From NCBI GenBank assembly GCA_964596405.1, contig CAZQSS010000001.1, positions 23,020 through 80,933 of the forward strand: DNA of 57,914 nt, in the 5' to 3' direction. Each line of letters starts with the position of its first letter. Position 1 is the first letter of the stretch. The notes beneath the pieces are model-generated. The model did not search any database, was not told the origin of the DNA, and worked only from the letters and a program-made list of their open reading frames with translations. The stretch is from an uncultured Gammaproteobacteria bacterium. GTDB lineage: Bacteria; Patescibacteriota; Patescibacteriia; Magasanikbacterales; UBA10003. This document shows positions 1 through 10,122 of this stretch, one piece after another. The position numbers were made by a program, and so were the translations under genes.

Positions 1-1
1 T

Positions 2-1042
2 ATGTTTAAGAAACTTTTAGATAATATCAAACAAGATGTCGGCATTGACCTGGGCACCTCCAATACTATTGTTTACGTTAAAGAGCGGGGGATTATTATT
101 AATGAACCGACCGTGATTGCCATTAATTTGCGCACCGAGCAAATTATCGCGGCCGGCCGCGAAGCCAAAATGATGTTGGGCAAAACTCCGCCCTACATTG
201 CCGTCACCCGGCCCTTGGTTCACGGCATTATTTCTGATTTTGAAATTGCCGAAAAAATGCTACGGTATTTTATCAGCAAAATCACCGAAAAAAGCCCATT
301 TTTTGCTCTGCGTCCCAATGTGGTCATCGGCGTGCCGCTGGATGTGACCGAAGTGGAACGCAAGGCGGTGGAAGATGCCGTGAGCTCTGCCGGAGCGCGT
401 CGCGTTTCGATTGTTGAAGAACCGATGGCGGCCGCGATTGGCGCCAAATTGCCGATTGAAGAACCGGTGGCGAGTATGATTGTGGATATTGGCGGCGGCA
501 CAGCTGAGATTGCCGTCATCTCGCTGAGCGGCGCGGTGCGTTGGAAATCAATTAAAATTGCCGGCGATGAAATGAACAAAAATATCGTTCACTATGTTAA
601 GGATCGGTATAACCTTTTGATTGGTGAATCTCACGCCGAAGAAATAAAAATCAGAATCGGTTCGGCCAAAGAAGTGGGGGAACCGCTGGTTTTTAATTTG
701 CGCGGCCGGGATTTGGTCACCGGCTTGCCGCGTGAAATCGCCATTACCGACATAGAAGTCCGGGAAGCGCTGAGCCGTTCGGTTTGGTCTATTATTGACG
801 CTATTAAATCCGTTTTGGAAGTAACGCCGCCTGAATTGGTGGCGGATATTCATGATCGCGGTATTGTTCTCTCCGGTGGCGGTTCGCTTTTGCGTGGCTT
901 GGATCAAGCCATCTCCGCCGCGACCGAAATTCCGGTCCGAGTGGCCGATGACCCGCTGACTTGCGTTGTCCGCGGCACTGGTATTTTGATTGACCGGCCG
1001 GATTTGCTGAAAACCGTGGCGCTGCCCTCATCAAGCAATTAA
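2..1042 (+). CDS. mreB: Rod-shape determining actin-like ATPase MreB
   Basis: 346-aa ORF with actin-fold phosphate motifs DLGTSNT and DIGGGTAEIAV and adenosine motif VLSGGGSLLRGL. It is followed by mreC, mreD and PBP2 in the canonical order. Confidence 0.95.
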   Translation: MFKKLLDNIKQDVGIDLGTSNTIVYVKERGIIINEPTVIAINLRTEQIIAAGREAKMMLGKTPPYIAVTRPLVHGIISDFEIAEKMLRYFISKITEKSPFFALRPNVVIGVPLDVTEVERKAVEDAVSSAGARRVSIVEEPMAAAIGAKLPIEEPVASMIVDIGGGTAEIAVISLSGAVRWKSIKIAGDEMNKNIVHYVKDRYNLLIGESHAEEIKIRIGSAKEVGEPLVFNLRGRDLVTGLPREIAITDIEVREALSRSVWSIIDAIKSVLEVTPPELVADIHDRGIVLSGGGSLLRGLDQAISAATEIPVRVADDPLTCVVRGTGILIDRPDLLKTVALPSSSN

Positions 1043-1059
1043 AAGTTTGCTGACTTACT

Positions 1060-1845
1060 ATGACTCAGAAAAGAACAATCTATTTCTCTGTTTTTGTATT
1101 GGCGGTTTTGACGTTTTTTCATTATGTGGGTTGGTTAAACGGGCCGGAAAACTTGTTTCAGAACGTTTTGAGCCGGGCCAGTGGCTTGGTTTATAACTTT
1201 TCCACCACTTTACGCAATTTTTCCGAAAGACGCCTAAGTTTTAATAATCTTTTTGAACAAAATCAGGCCTGCGTCAGCAAGCTAAGAAGCCTGACGGTGA
1301 ATCAGGCTGAGTTAAAACAAACTAAAGAAGAAAATAGTATTCTGCGCGCCCAGCTAAATTTTGTTAAAAGCAAAAAAAGTTTTGTGACAGCCGACGTGGT
1401 GGGCAAAGAAGCGGGCTTGAGCAATGTGGTTATAATTAACAGAGGCGAGACAGACGGATTAAAAATCGACCAGCCGGTGATTGCCGGCGAAGGTTTTTTG
1501 GTGGGAAAGATTGTGAAAGTGGAAAAAAATATTGCTTTTATCCGGTTGCTTTCCGACAATCAGAGCAAAATCGCGGCCATGATTTTGAGTAAAAATATAA
1601 CCATGGGCGTAGTGAGCGGCGAGCACGGTTTGAGTTTAAAACTAGGCATGGTGCCGCAGACGGAAGAGTTGAATGCCGGCGATGAAGTGGTAACTTCCGG
1701 CTTGGAACAAAATATGCCCCGGGGACTTCTTATCGGTAAAATTAAAACTGTTCAAAAAGAGGCTTATGAGCCGTTTCAAAGCGCCGCCCTGGAACCGTTT
1801 GTTGATCTAGCCAAGTTGACCATAGTCACCGTCTTAACGGACTAA
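1060..1845 (+). CDS. mreC: Rod-shape protein MreC
   Basis: 261-aa ORF directly after mreB. It has an N-terminal TM helix, a coiled-coil stretch (NQAELKQTKEENSILRAQL) and a beta-rich C-terminal part (GDEVVTSG..GLLIGKI). Confidence 0.8.
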   Translation: MTQKRTIYFSVFVLAVLTFFHYVGWLNGPENLFQNVLSRASGLVYNFSTTLRNFSERRLSFNNLFEQNQACVSKLRSLTVNQAELKQTKEENSILRAQLNFVKSKKSFVTADVVGKEAGLSNVVIINRGETDGLKIDQPVIAGEGFLVGKIVKVEKNIAFIRLLSDNQSKIAAMILSKNITMGVVSGEHGLSLKLGMVPQTEELNAGDEVVTSGLEQNMPRGLLIGKIKTVQKEAYEPFQSAALEPFVDLAKLTIVTVLTD

Positions 1846-1850
1846 TTGTT

Positions 1851-2378
1851 ATGCTTTGGCGTTTTTTACTTTTTTTAATGACCGGGGTTTTGCTGGTAAT
1901 AATTGATACCGGTTTTTTGGCGTTTTTGCCGCTGCCGTTTTCCGCCCTGAATTTAATAACGGCTGTTTTATTGTTTTTATTGTTTTTGAATGTTCGTTTT
2001 TCCACGGTAATTTTTTTGGCTTTATGGACGGGTTTTTTAACCGAGTTGATGAACACAACCCCTTTTGGAATATTTTCTATTTCTTTAATTATCACGCTGA
2101 CTTTGTCCGAAATAATTTTTACCTATATTTTTACCAATCGTAGTTTGCCGGCGCTTTTAGCTTTGGGGGTTTTTAGCACGCTGATTTTCCGGACGGTCTT
2201 TTTCTTGGGGGCGCTTTTGGCTTCGGTTAAACTGACTATTTTGTCTTTTTCTTCTCTAGATTATTTTTCCGCAACCTTTTGGGAATTAATTCTCAATCTG
2301 GTTCTTTTGATTGTTTTTTATATTTTGATCCGACGTTTTAGCAAAAGACTGGAAGGCGACTTTTTAATCAAAGAATGA
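1851..2378 (+). CDS. mreD: Polytopic membrane protein, MreD-like by position
   Basis: 175-aa very hydrophobic ORF lying between mreC and PBP2, overlapping PBP2 by 4 nt. I recognise no sequence motif. Confidence 0.5.
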   Translation: MLWRFLLFLMTGVLLVIIDTGFLAFLPLPFSALNLITAVLLFLLFLNVRFSTVIFLALWTGFLTELMNTTPFGIFSISLIITLTLSEIIFTYIFTNRSLPALLALGVFSTLIFRTVFFLGALLASVKLTILSFSSLDYFSATFWELILNLVLLIVFYILIRRFSKRLEGDFLIKE

Positions 2379-4405
2379 ACGCAACCAAGATGAGCTTATT
2401 TTTCAAAAAAAATAATTTTTCGCGCAGTGACGATCCTTTTGTTATACAAGAAGGTAAAATTGCCGATGCCAGCATCAGTGGCGTGATTAAAAAACGCTGG
2501 GTAGAAGATAGCTGGAACGTAGCCGGCGAAAGAGGGGCAACCGTGCCCATAAAAGATTTTTTAGGCATTTCCGTCAATTCTCAACGTTTGATAGTGGTGG
2601 GCCTGTTTATAATTTTTATAGTTTTGCTTTTTTTTAGTCGGCTGCTTTATCTTGAAGTCGTCCGTGGCAATTATTACAGGGAACTGGCCGAAGGCAATCG
2701 GCTGCGTTCTAAACCGATTGTGGCCGAGCGCGGTTTGATTTTTGATAAAAACGGCGCGCCCTTGGTTAACAATATTCCCAATTTTTCTCTTTATCTTATC
2801 CCGCAGGATTTGCCGGAGGATCCGCAAAAATTGGAAGAAGTGCTTCAGCGGATTGCTTCGTTAAACGGTCTGAGGCTGGAAGATCTGAAACAAAAAGTCA
2901 GTAATTCCAAAAAGGCCACGTATCAGTCTATCGGTTTGCGGGATAATTTGGATTACGAAACCGCCGTACTTTTGACAGTGGCCGGCGCCGATTTGCCTGG
3001 CACTCAGGTGGAGCGCGGGTTTAACCGTTTCTATCTGTTCTCGGAGAGCGCCAACCAATCGGTGATTGCCAATACCAAACGCCGGATTGATTCGCTGTCT
3101 CATCTTTTGGGTTATATCGGTAAAGTGTCCAGAGATGATTTGGAACTGAATCCCGATTATCTTTCAACGGATTTTATTGGCAAAACCGGTTTGGAAAAAT
3201 ATTATGAAAAAGTTTTGCGGGGCAAGTATGGTTTAAGAGAAATTGAGGTTGACGCGCTGGGCAAAGAAAAAAACACCGTAAAAGAATCGTCGCCGCAGAG
3301 TGGCAGGAGTTTGGTGTTATCGCTGGATTTGAATTATCAGGAAAAATTGGAAGAAATTTTATCGCGCAATTTAAAGGCCCAGGGGAAAAAGAGAGGATCG
3401 GCGATTGTGATGGATCCTCGGAACGGTGAAATTTTGGCTTTGGTAACTTTGCCGACATTTAACAATAATCTTTTTGCCCAGGGTATTTCCAACAATGATT
3501 ATCAAAAATTGCTGATTGATCCGGACGCGCCGCTTTTTGACCGCGCTTGGAGCGGGACTTACCCCACCGGTTCGGTTATCAAACCGGTGATTGCCGCCGC
3601 CGCCCTCAATGAGGGTGTGATTACCCGTTGGACGACTTTTTCGAGCGTCGGTGGTCTGCGGGTGGATAAATGGTTTTTTCCGGATTGGAAGGCCGGCGGA
3701 CACGGACTGACGGATGTGACTAAGGCTTTGGCCGAATCTGTTAACACCTTCTTCTTTATTGTCGGCGGCGGTTACGAAAAAACAACCGGTTTGGGTTTAG
3801 AAAAACTCATAAGTTATTTTAAAAAAGCCGGTTTGGGTAATTCTTTGGGCGTGGATCTGCCCAATGAGGCGGCCGGTTTTATTCCCAGCCGTGAATGGAA
3901 AGAAGATACTAAAAAAGAGCGGTGGTATATCGGCGACACTTACAATCTTTCCATCGGTCAGGGCGATCTATTGGCCACGCCGCTTCAGGTGGCTAATTAT
4001 ACGGCCGCGATTGCTAATGGCGGTACTCTCTACCGGCCGCACTTAGTCCAAGCAATAATCGATCCTGTGAGCGGCCAAAAACAAAAAATCGTGCCGCAGA
4101 TTATAGAAAAACAATTAGTGCCGGGTAATTTTTTGGATATTATCAAAGAGGGAATGCGAGCGTCCGTCACTTACGGCAGTGCCCGCTCTCTGGCTGACCT
4201 GCCGGTTCAAGTGGCGGCGAAAACCGGCACGGCCCAGTGGTCAAAAAAACTATCCACCCATGCCTGGTTTACGAGTTTTGCTCCATATCGCGATCCGCAA
4301 ATCGTGGTCACAGTTTTAGTGGAAGAAGGCGGTGAAGGTTCAGTGGCGGCGGCGCCGGTAGCCAGGGAATTTTATGCGTGGTGGAGTAATCACCGTAATC
4401 CTTAA
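2375..4405 (+). CDS. mrdA: Penicillin-binding protein 2 (class B transpeptidase)
   Basis: 676 aa with an N-terminal TM helix and transpeptidase motifs SxxK (TGSVIKPV), SxN (ESVNTF) and KTG (AKTGTAQ). It sits in the mreBCD context. Confidence 0.9.
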   Translation: MNATKMSLFFKKNNFSRSDDPFVIQEGKIADASISGVIKKRWVEDSWNVAGERGATVPIKDFLGISVNSQRLIVVGLFIIFIVLLFFSRLLYLEVVRGNYYRELAEGNRLRSKPIVAERGLIFDKNGAPLVNNIPNFSLYLIPQDLPEDPQKLEEVLQRIASLNGLRLEDLKQKVSNSKKATYQSIGLRDNLDYETAVLLTVAGADLPGTQVERGFNRFYLFSESANQSVIANTKRRIDSLSHLLGYIGKVSRDDLELNPDYLSTDFIGKTGLEKYYEKVLRGKYGLREIEVDALGKEKNTVKESSPQSGRSLVLSLDLNYQEKLEEILSRNLKAQGKKRGSAIVMDPRNGEILALVTLPTFNNNLFAQGISNNDYQKLLIDPDAPLFDRAWSGTYPTGSVIKPVIAAAALNEGVITRWTTFSSVGGLRVDKWFFPDWKAGGHGLTDVTKALAESVNTFFFIVGGGYEKTTGLGLEKLISYFKKAGLGNSLGVDLPNEAAGFIPSREWKEDTKKERWYIGDTYNLSIGQGDLLATPLQVANYTAAIANGGTLYRPHLVQAIIDPVSGQKQKIVPQIIEKQLVPGNFLDIIKEGMRASVTYGSARSLADLPVQVAAKTGTAQWSKKLSTHAWFTSFAPYRDPQIVVTVLVEEGGEGSVAAAPVAREFYAWWSNHRNP

Positions 4406-4420
4406 TTGGCGTGTGATGGG

Positions 4421-4449
4421 TTGACCCCTAAATTGAAATCTGATAAAAT
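4421..4449 (+). promoter_or_regulatory. Sigma70-like promoter upstream of greA
   Basis: TTGACC (4421-4426), a 17-nt spacer, then TAAAAT (4444-4449), 18 nt before the greA ATG. Confidence 0.5.
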
Positions 4450-4466
4450 GATTCACATTAAAGTAT

Positions 4467-4931
4467 ATGAACAACGATCCAACATATCTTACAACCGACG
4501 GCTTGGATAATCTTAAAAAAGACTTAACAGGTCTTAAAGCAAAAATGCCGGAGATTGCCCAGCGCATTAATGAAGCTAAAGAATTAGGCGATTTGAGGGA
4601 AAACGCCGAATATCACATGGCTAAAGAAGATTATGCCTTTACTCAGGGTAAAATTTTTGAAATTGAAGACATGTTAAAACGGGTAGTGGTGATTGAAAAG
4701 AACGGTAACGCCACCATTCGCATCGGCTCAACCATAAAAATTAAAAATTTATCCAATCAAAAAGAAATTGAATATACTATTGTCGGTTCTAACGAAGCTT
4801 TTCCTCAAAAAGGCTTTATTTCCAACGAATCTCCTTTGGCTCAAGCTTTTTTGAATCATAAAGAAGGGGATAAGGTAGAGGTAAAAACGCCAGTGGGCGG
4901 CGCTACCTATTTGATTTTGGAAGTTAGATAA
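4467..4931 (+). CDS. greA: Transcription elongation factor GreA
   Basis: 154 aa with an N-terminal coiled coil and the conserved GDLRENAEYH motif, plus a C-terminal globular domain. Confidence 0.9.
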   Translation: MNNDPTYLTTDGLDNLKKDLTGLKAKMPEIAQRINEAKELGDLRENAEYHMAKEDYAFTQGKIFEIEDMLKRVVVIEKNGNATIRIGSTIKIKNLSNQKEIEYTIVGSNEAFPQKGFISNESPLAQAFLNHKEGDKVEVKTPVGGATYLILEVR

Positions 4932-4945
4932 ACTTAATAATTTTT

Positions 4946-4980
4946 AATCCCCGTCCGTCTAAAGCGAGTGGGGATTTTAT
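4946..4980 (+). terminator. Stem-loop plus T-run after greA
   Basis: AATCCCC...GGGGATT stem followed by TTTT, 15 nt after the greA stop. Confidence 0.55.
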
Positions 4981-4985
4981 TATCC

Positions 4986-5015
4986 TTGCCAATCAGGCTT
5001 ATTTTAAGCTATAAT
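4986..5015 (+). promoter_or_regulatory. Sigma70-like promoter upstream of lysS
   Basis: TTGCCA (4986-4991), an 18-nt spacer, then TATAAT (5010-5015). Confidence 0.5.
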
Positions 5016-5042
5016 AGATAAGTAATCTTATCTAAAATTTTT

Positions 5043-6533
5043 ATGACCAAACAAACTCAAGCAACGCCCTTAACCGACGAAGCGGAAGCGCGCTTGCAAA
5101 AATTAAAGGAACTGCAAAAATTGAATGTTAACCCGTACCCGTCCTGGAACGAGCCCAAGCTCGCCTTAGCGGCTGTTTTAGGCGATTTTGAGCGTCTCAA
5201 AGAGCGGGAAGAAGTGGTGCGAGTGGCTGGCCGTCTGCGTTCCATCCGTGGCCACGGCGGTTCCACTTTTGCCCACTTGGAAGATGCCACCGGGCGCTTG
5301 CAGGTCTACTTAAAACAAGACGAACTGGGCGACGAGCCTTATGAACTTTTTTCTAAACTGATTGACATCGGCGATTTTGTCGGCGTGGAAGGTGTTTTGT
5401 TTGAAACCAAGCGCGGTGAAAAAACTTTGCTGGTCAAAAAATTTCAACTTTTAACTAAATCTCTGTTGCCCTTGCCGGACAAGTTTCATGGTCTGGCTGA
5501 CGTGGAAACCCGGTTCCGCCAACGTTATTTGGATTTGCTGGCCAATCCGGAGGCGCGTGATATTGCCCAAAAACGGATTGCCATTGTCAAAGGCATTCGT
5601 GAATTTTTTGAAGCCGAAGGATTTTTAGAAGTGGAAACGCCGATTTTACAGCCTCTGGCCGGCGGCGCCACCGCTAAACCGTTCAAAACCCATCATAATG
5701 CGCTGGATATTGATTTGTTTATGCGCATTGCGCCGGAACTTTATCTCAAGCGTTTGATTGTCGGTGGGTTTGAAAAAGTTTTTGAAATTGCCCGCTGTTT
5801 TAGAAACGAGGGGATTGATTACAGTCATAATCCGGAATTTACCCAGATTGAATTTTATTGGGCTTACGCCGATTATGAAGATTTAATAAAACTGATGGAA
5901 AAGTTTTTTGAATATCTTTTGCCGCGGATTGGCATGCGGATGAAATTCAAATATCAGGATAATATTATTGATTTTACGCCGCCCTTTCCGCGTAAAACTT
6001 TCCGCGAGCTGTTGATTGAGTATATTAAATTGGATATTGACGATTACCCAGATCAGGCCACGCTGTTTGCTTGGGCCAAAAAACATAAAGTGGAAGTAAC
6101 CAGCCGCGACGGTCGCGGGAAAATTTTAGACGAAATCTACAAAACTTTTGTCCGGCCGAAAATTATCCAGCCGTTGTTTATGATTGACCACCCGGTTGAA
6201 CTGTCGCCCTTGGCCAAGCGCAAAGCCGATAATCCCAATTATGTGGAACGCATGCAACTTTTGGCTGCGGGTGGGTTTGAAATGTGCAACGGATTTTCCG
6301 AGCTAAACGATCCGCTGGATCAGGAAGCGCGTTTTAAAGAACAAGAGAAATTGCGTACGGCGGGGGATGAAGAAGCCCAGCGAATGGATGATGATTTTGT
6401 GACTGCCTTAAAGCACGGCATGCCGCCGACCGCCGGTTTAGGTATGGGCATTGACCGTCTGGCCGCGCTTTTAACCGATTCGCACAATGTCAAAGAAGTG
6501 ATTTTATTTCCAACTTTAAAACCAAAAGAGTAA
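5043..6533 (+). CDS. lysS: Lysyl-tRNA synthetase, class II
   Basis: 496 aa with an OB-fold anticodon-binding N-domain and class II motifs (FRNEGID, GLGMGIDRL). Confidence 0.95.
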   Translation: MTKQTQATPLTDEAEARLQKLKELQKLNVNPYPSWNEPKLALAAVLGDFERLKEREEVVRVAGRLRSIRGHGGSTFAHLEDATGRLQVYLKQDELGDEPYELFSKLIDIGDFVGVEGVLFETKRGEKTLLVKKFQLLTKSLLPLPDKFHGLADVETRFRQRYLDLLANPEARDIAQKRIAIVKGIREFFEAEGFLEVETPILQPLAGGATAKPFKTHHNALDIDLFMRIAPELYLKRLIVGGFEKVFEIARCFRNEGIDYSHNPEFTQIEFYWAYADYEDLIKLMEKFFEYLLPRIGMRMKFKYQDNIIDFTPPFPRKTFRELLIEYIKLDIDDYPDQATLFAWAKKHKVEVTSRDGRGKILDEIYKTFVRPKIIQPLFMIDHPVELSPLAKRKADNPNYVERMQLLAAGGFEMCNGFSELNDPLDQEARFKEQEKLRTAGDEEAQRMDDDFVTALKHGMPPTAGLGMGIDRLAALLTDSHNVKEVILFPTLKPKE

Positions 6534-6537
6534 AAAT

Positions 6538-7776
6538 ATGCTAGATATAAAATTTATTCGGGAAAATTTAAAATTGATTGAAAAAAATAACCAAACCCGC
6601 AATGTTAAATTGGATTTGAAGAAACTGGTGGAATTAGACGATGAGCGAAAACAACTGCAAGCAGAAATTGAAAGCCTGCGCTCGGAACGCAAAAAAATGT
6701 CCAAAACCAAACCCCTGGAATCGGAAATTATTGAAATGCGCAAATTGGGTGATAAGATTAAAGAGCTGGAGGAAAGATTTAAAGAAGCGGAAAACGGCTC
6801 GAACGAACTTCTTTATAAAATTCCCAATATCAATCATAAGTCTACCCCAGTTGGGCCGGACGAGAGCTGTAATGTGGTAGAGACGAAAGTGGGGAAGCCG
6901 CCGCAATTTTCTTTTAAACCCAAAGAGCATTTTGAAGTAAAAGCTGTTCAAAATTTGATGGATTTGGAACGCGGTGCTAAAGCCTCGGGTTCCCGCTTCT
7001 TTTATCTGCGCGGCAAGTTGGCTCAGCTGGAACGCGCCATTATGCAGTTGGCCATAGATACGATGGTGGAAAAGGGTTTTGAATTGGTTTTGCCGCCGAT
7101 TATGGTTAAAGAAGTGGCCATGTTTGGCGCCGGATTTTTCCCGGCAGAAAAAAATGAAATTTACCGCGTTAACCCGGGCGAGGACGATCTTTATTTAATT
7201 GGCACATCAGAAGTTCCCTTAATTTATATGCACAGCGACGAAGTGCTGGAAGAGAAGGATTTGCCCAAAAAATACGTTGGTTTTTCACCGTGTTTCCGCC
7301 GCGAGGCGGGCAGTTACGGCAAAGACACCAAAGGTTTAATCCGCGTCCATCAATTTTACAAAGTAGAGATGGTGGTGCTGTGCAAACCGGAAGATTCTTG
7401 GAAAATTCACGATCAACTTTTATCTTTTGAACAAGAAGTTTTGAAAAAAATGGAGTTACCGTTCCAGGTGGTTAACCTTTGCTCAGGCGACTTAGGTTTC
7501 CCGGCGGCCAAAAAATATGACTGTGAAGGCTGGTTCCCGGGCCAGGACCGTTATCGTGAACTGACGTCCACCAGCAATACTACCGATTATCAGTCGCGCC
7601 GCAGCAATATCAAATATAAAACCGCTGACGGCAAACGGGAATTTGTTCATACTTTAAACGGCACCGTCTCGAGCGATCGGCCGCTTTTGGCGATTATTGA
7701 GAATAATCAGCAAGCGGACGGCAGTATTATAATTCCGGAAGCGTTAAGAAAATATACCGGGTTTGATAAAATCTAA
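6538..7776 (+). CDS. serS: Seryl-tRNA synthetase
   Basis: 412 aa with an N-terminal coiled-coil tRNA arm and a class II core (CFRREAGS, TLNGT). Confidence 0.95.
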   Translation: MLDIKFIRENLKLIEKNNQTRNVKLDLKKLVELDDERKQLQAEIESLRSERKKMSKTKPLESEIIEMRKLGDKIKELEERFKEAENGSNELLYKIPNINHKSTPVGPDESCNVVETKVGKPPQFSFKPKEHFEVKAVQNLMDLERGAKASGSRFFYLRGKLAQLERAIMQLAIDTMVEKGFELVLPPIMVKEVAMFGAGFFPAEKNEIYRVNPGEDDLYLIGTSEVPLIYMHSDEVLEEKDLPKKYVGFSPCFRREAGSYGKDTKGLIRVHQFYKVEMVVLCKPEDSWKIHDQLLSFEQEVLKKMELPFQVVNLCSGDLGFPAAKKYDCEGWFPGQDRYRELTSTSNTTDYQSRRSNIKYKTADGKREFVHTLNGTVSSDRPLLAIIENNQQADGSIIIPEALRKYTGFDKI

Positions 7777-7779
7777 ACC

Positions 7780-8907
7780 ATGCAACTTACCTGGTTAGAA
7801 ATCGACAAAAAGGCCCTGGCCCATAATTTAAAGCACTTTGAAAAAAGAGTCGGGAGGGGGGTAGAAATAATGCCCGTAGTCAAAAGCAATGCCTACGGAC
7901 ATGGTTTTTTTGAAGTGGCCGGTTTTTGCGAGACCAGTCCGACAGTGAAAAAAATATTGGTGGTTAGTTTGGATGAAGCGTTGAAGTTGCGCGGGCAAAA
8001 AATTAAAAAACCAATCGTTGTGCTGAGTTTTTTTAATTTAGAACAGCTAAAAAAACAAAAAGGTCAAATTTTGGAAAACATTTCTTTGTCGGTTTACGAT
8101 TTAAAAACTGCCCGGGCTTTAAATAAAATCGCCCGAGCTAAGGGCATAAAGATTAAGATTCATCTAAAAATTGATACCGGTACCAGCCGCATTGGTTTTT
8201 TACCGGCGGAGTTGACCGTGTCTGACGCCAGTAAGACATTAAAATCATTCAAAAATTTATTTATTGAAGGTATCTTCAGTCATTTTGCCGCTTCGGAGAC
8301 AAATAAAAAGTATACCCGGAAACAATTATCTGTTTTTAAAGAAATTTTGTTAAAATTAAAAGAGGAGGGGATATCTCCACCCTTAAAACATTTTGCTTGT
8401 TCCGCGGCCGCGTTAGTGTCGTCCCAAAGCCATTTTAACGCTATCCGGTTGGGCATTGGCTTTTACGGGTTGTGGGCTTCAAAACAGGCCAAAAAGGCGG
8501 GAAGATTCGCATTAAAACCTGTTCTTAGTTGGCAAACTCGGTTGATTCAAGTCAAAAAAATACCTAAAAACACGCCGGTGGGTTATGGTTGTTCCTGTGT
8601 GGTCAATCGGCCGACAACCCTCGGTATTATTCCGGTCGGTTATTGGGATGGTTTTGACAGACGGCTTTCAAATTGCGGCCAGGTACTGCACCGGGGCAAA
8701 AGGTGTAACATTTTGGGCCGAGTTTGTATGAATATGACCATGATTGATTTGACCGGCCAACCAGCCAAGGCCGGTGATCAGATTACTTTAATCGGCCGCC
8801 AAAGCCGGGAAAAGATTACCGCCGATGAAATGGCGGGAAAAATCGGCACAATTAATTATGAAGTTGTCAGTCGGATTAATCCGCTTTTGCCGAGAATTTT
8901 AAAATAA
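7780..8907 (+). CDS. alr: Alanine racemase
   Basis: 375 aa with the PLP-lysine motif VVKSNAYGHG and the C-terminal motif GRVCMNMTMID. Confidence 0.9.
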   Translation: MQLTWLEIDKKALAHNLKHFEKRVGRGVEIMPVVKSNAYGHGFFEVAGFCETSPTVKKILVVSLDEALKLRGQKIKKPIVVLSFFNLEQLKKQKGQILENISLSVYDLKTARALNKIARAKGIKIKIHLKIDTGTSRIGFLPAELTVSDASKTLKSFKNLFIEGIFSHFAASETNKKYTRKQLSVFKEILLKLKEEGISPPLKHFACSAAALVSSQSHFNAIRLGIGFYGLWASKQAKKAGRFALKPVLSWQTRLIQVKKIPKNTPVGYGCSCVVNRPTTLGIIPVGYWDGFDRRLSNCGQVLHRGKRCNILGRVCMNMTMIDLTGQPAKAGDQITLIGRQSREKITADEMAGKIGTINYEVVSRINPLLPRILK

Positions 8908-8908
8908 C

Positions 8909-9859
8909 ATGTGGACAAGACACCGTGGTTACAAATCTTATTACGGCCATTCCTCCAAATCACTTTCTCAACAGGTGATAAAGTTTTTTTCTTTTTTAGG
9001 CAAATCCAAATCGGGGAGGAGGCAGGATTACTGGCAAAAATCATATCACAATCCTTATTTTTCAAATAAGCGCTGGGCCAAACGCACAAAAGCACCCAGG
9101 CTTAAGTTAACCATCTTCTTTGTGGCTACATTGGGCGTGGTCGGAATTTTATTGTTCCATCCGTTTTTTTATATCAACCAAGTAACAGTAACGGGTAACG
9201 AAAAAGTTTCAACCACAGAAGTTAAAAGTATTGTTGAGTCGGTATTAAATCAAAAAAAGTGGTTGGTTTTCAGCGGTCGAAATATTTTTACAGCTAACCT
9301 TGTCAGTATCACCAAAGAAATAAGAAGCAAATATATATTAGCTTCTTTGCAAACAGATAAAGATTATCCGCAAACACTAAAAATTATGATCAAAGAAAAA
9401 GAGTCCAAACTAGTGCTGCAGGTGTTAAACAGCAAGACAACACGATATAGATTTTACTTATTGGATAATGAAGGCGAAGTGCTTCAGGAGATTAATATTC
9501 AAGACATCGCTCAGCCCAATATCAGCATCTTGCCACGCATTCAAAAAGAAGGCGCGGAAGAAATTAAGATAACAACCGAAGTTGTTTCCCGTGCCACGAT
9601 TGAATTTATAAACTATCTGAATGAAAATATTCCTAAGCAAAACAAAGTGACAATTGCTTACACTGCTTTGACCGATGAGGGTGGACAAGTTTTAAATATA
9701 GTAACTCAAGAAGGATGGAAAATAGTGGTGGATCGTCTGAACGACTGGAAAAAACAATTACACGTTTTGGATGTAATACTCCGAGAAAAGATTAAAGATA
9801 ATCGCCAAAATCTTAAGTATATTGATATCCGGTACGAAAATCGGGCATTCTTTCAATAA
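8909..9859 (+). CDS. FtsQ/DivIB-like cell-division protein (basic tail, TM helix, POTRA)
   Basis: 316 aa with a basic cytoplasmic N-terminus, one TM helix (LTIFFVATLGVVGILLF), then a POTRA-like INQVTVTGNEKVSTTEV segment. Confidence 0.55.
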   Translation: MWTRHRGYKSYYGHSSKSLSQQVIKFFSFLGKSKSGRRQDYWQKSYHNPYFSNKRWAKRTKAPRLKLTIFFVATLGVVGILLFHPFFYINQVTVTGNEKVSTTEVKSIVESVLNQKKWLVFSGRNIFTANLVSITKEIRSKYILASLQTDKDYPQTLKIMIKEKESKLVLQVLNSKTTRYRFYLLDNEGEVLQEINIQDIAQPNISILPRIQKEGAEEIKITTEVVSRATIEFINYLNENIPKQNKVTIAYTALTDEGGQVLNIVTQEGWKIVVDRLNDWKKQLHVLDVILREKIKDNRQNLKYIDIRYENRAFFQ

Positions 9860-9936
9860 TCTGAATTGGAGTTCATGCGGTTGAGCGGGGGACTTTAAAG
9901 CCCCCAAAGAGGGGCTCGGTGGCGGTTAAAACTCAA

Positions 9937-9970
9937 AATCCTTTGGGATGTCTCCCAAAGGATTTTTTAT
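9937..9970. terminator. Bidirectional stem-loop terminator in a convergent intergenic region
   Basis: AATCCTTTGGGA-tgtc-TCCCAAAGGATT, followed by TTTTTTATTTTT on the + strand and a T-rich run on the - strand. Confidence 0.65.
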
Positions 9971-10122
9971 TTTTGTTTCTGATCTAGCAATGAATATTTT
10001 TCTTTGGGCGGATATCTAGATGGCTGGCAAATTTGAGGCATCAAGTAGGGGGGGTATAAGCATAGCCCGCTTTATCTAGTGTCGCCCAATATATCTTATA
10101 CGACGCACCTCCTTATTAAAAT

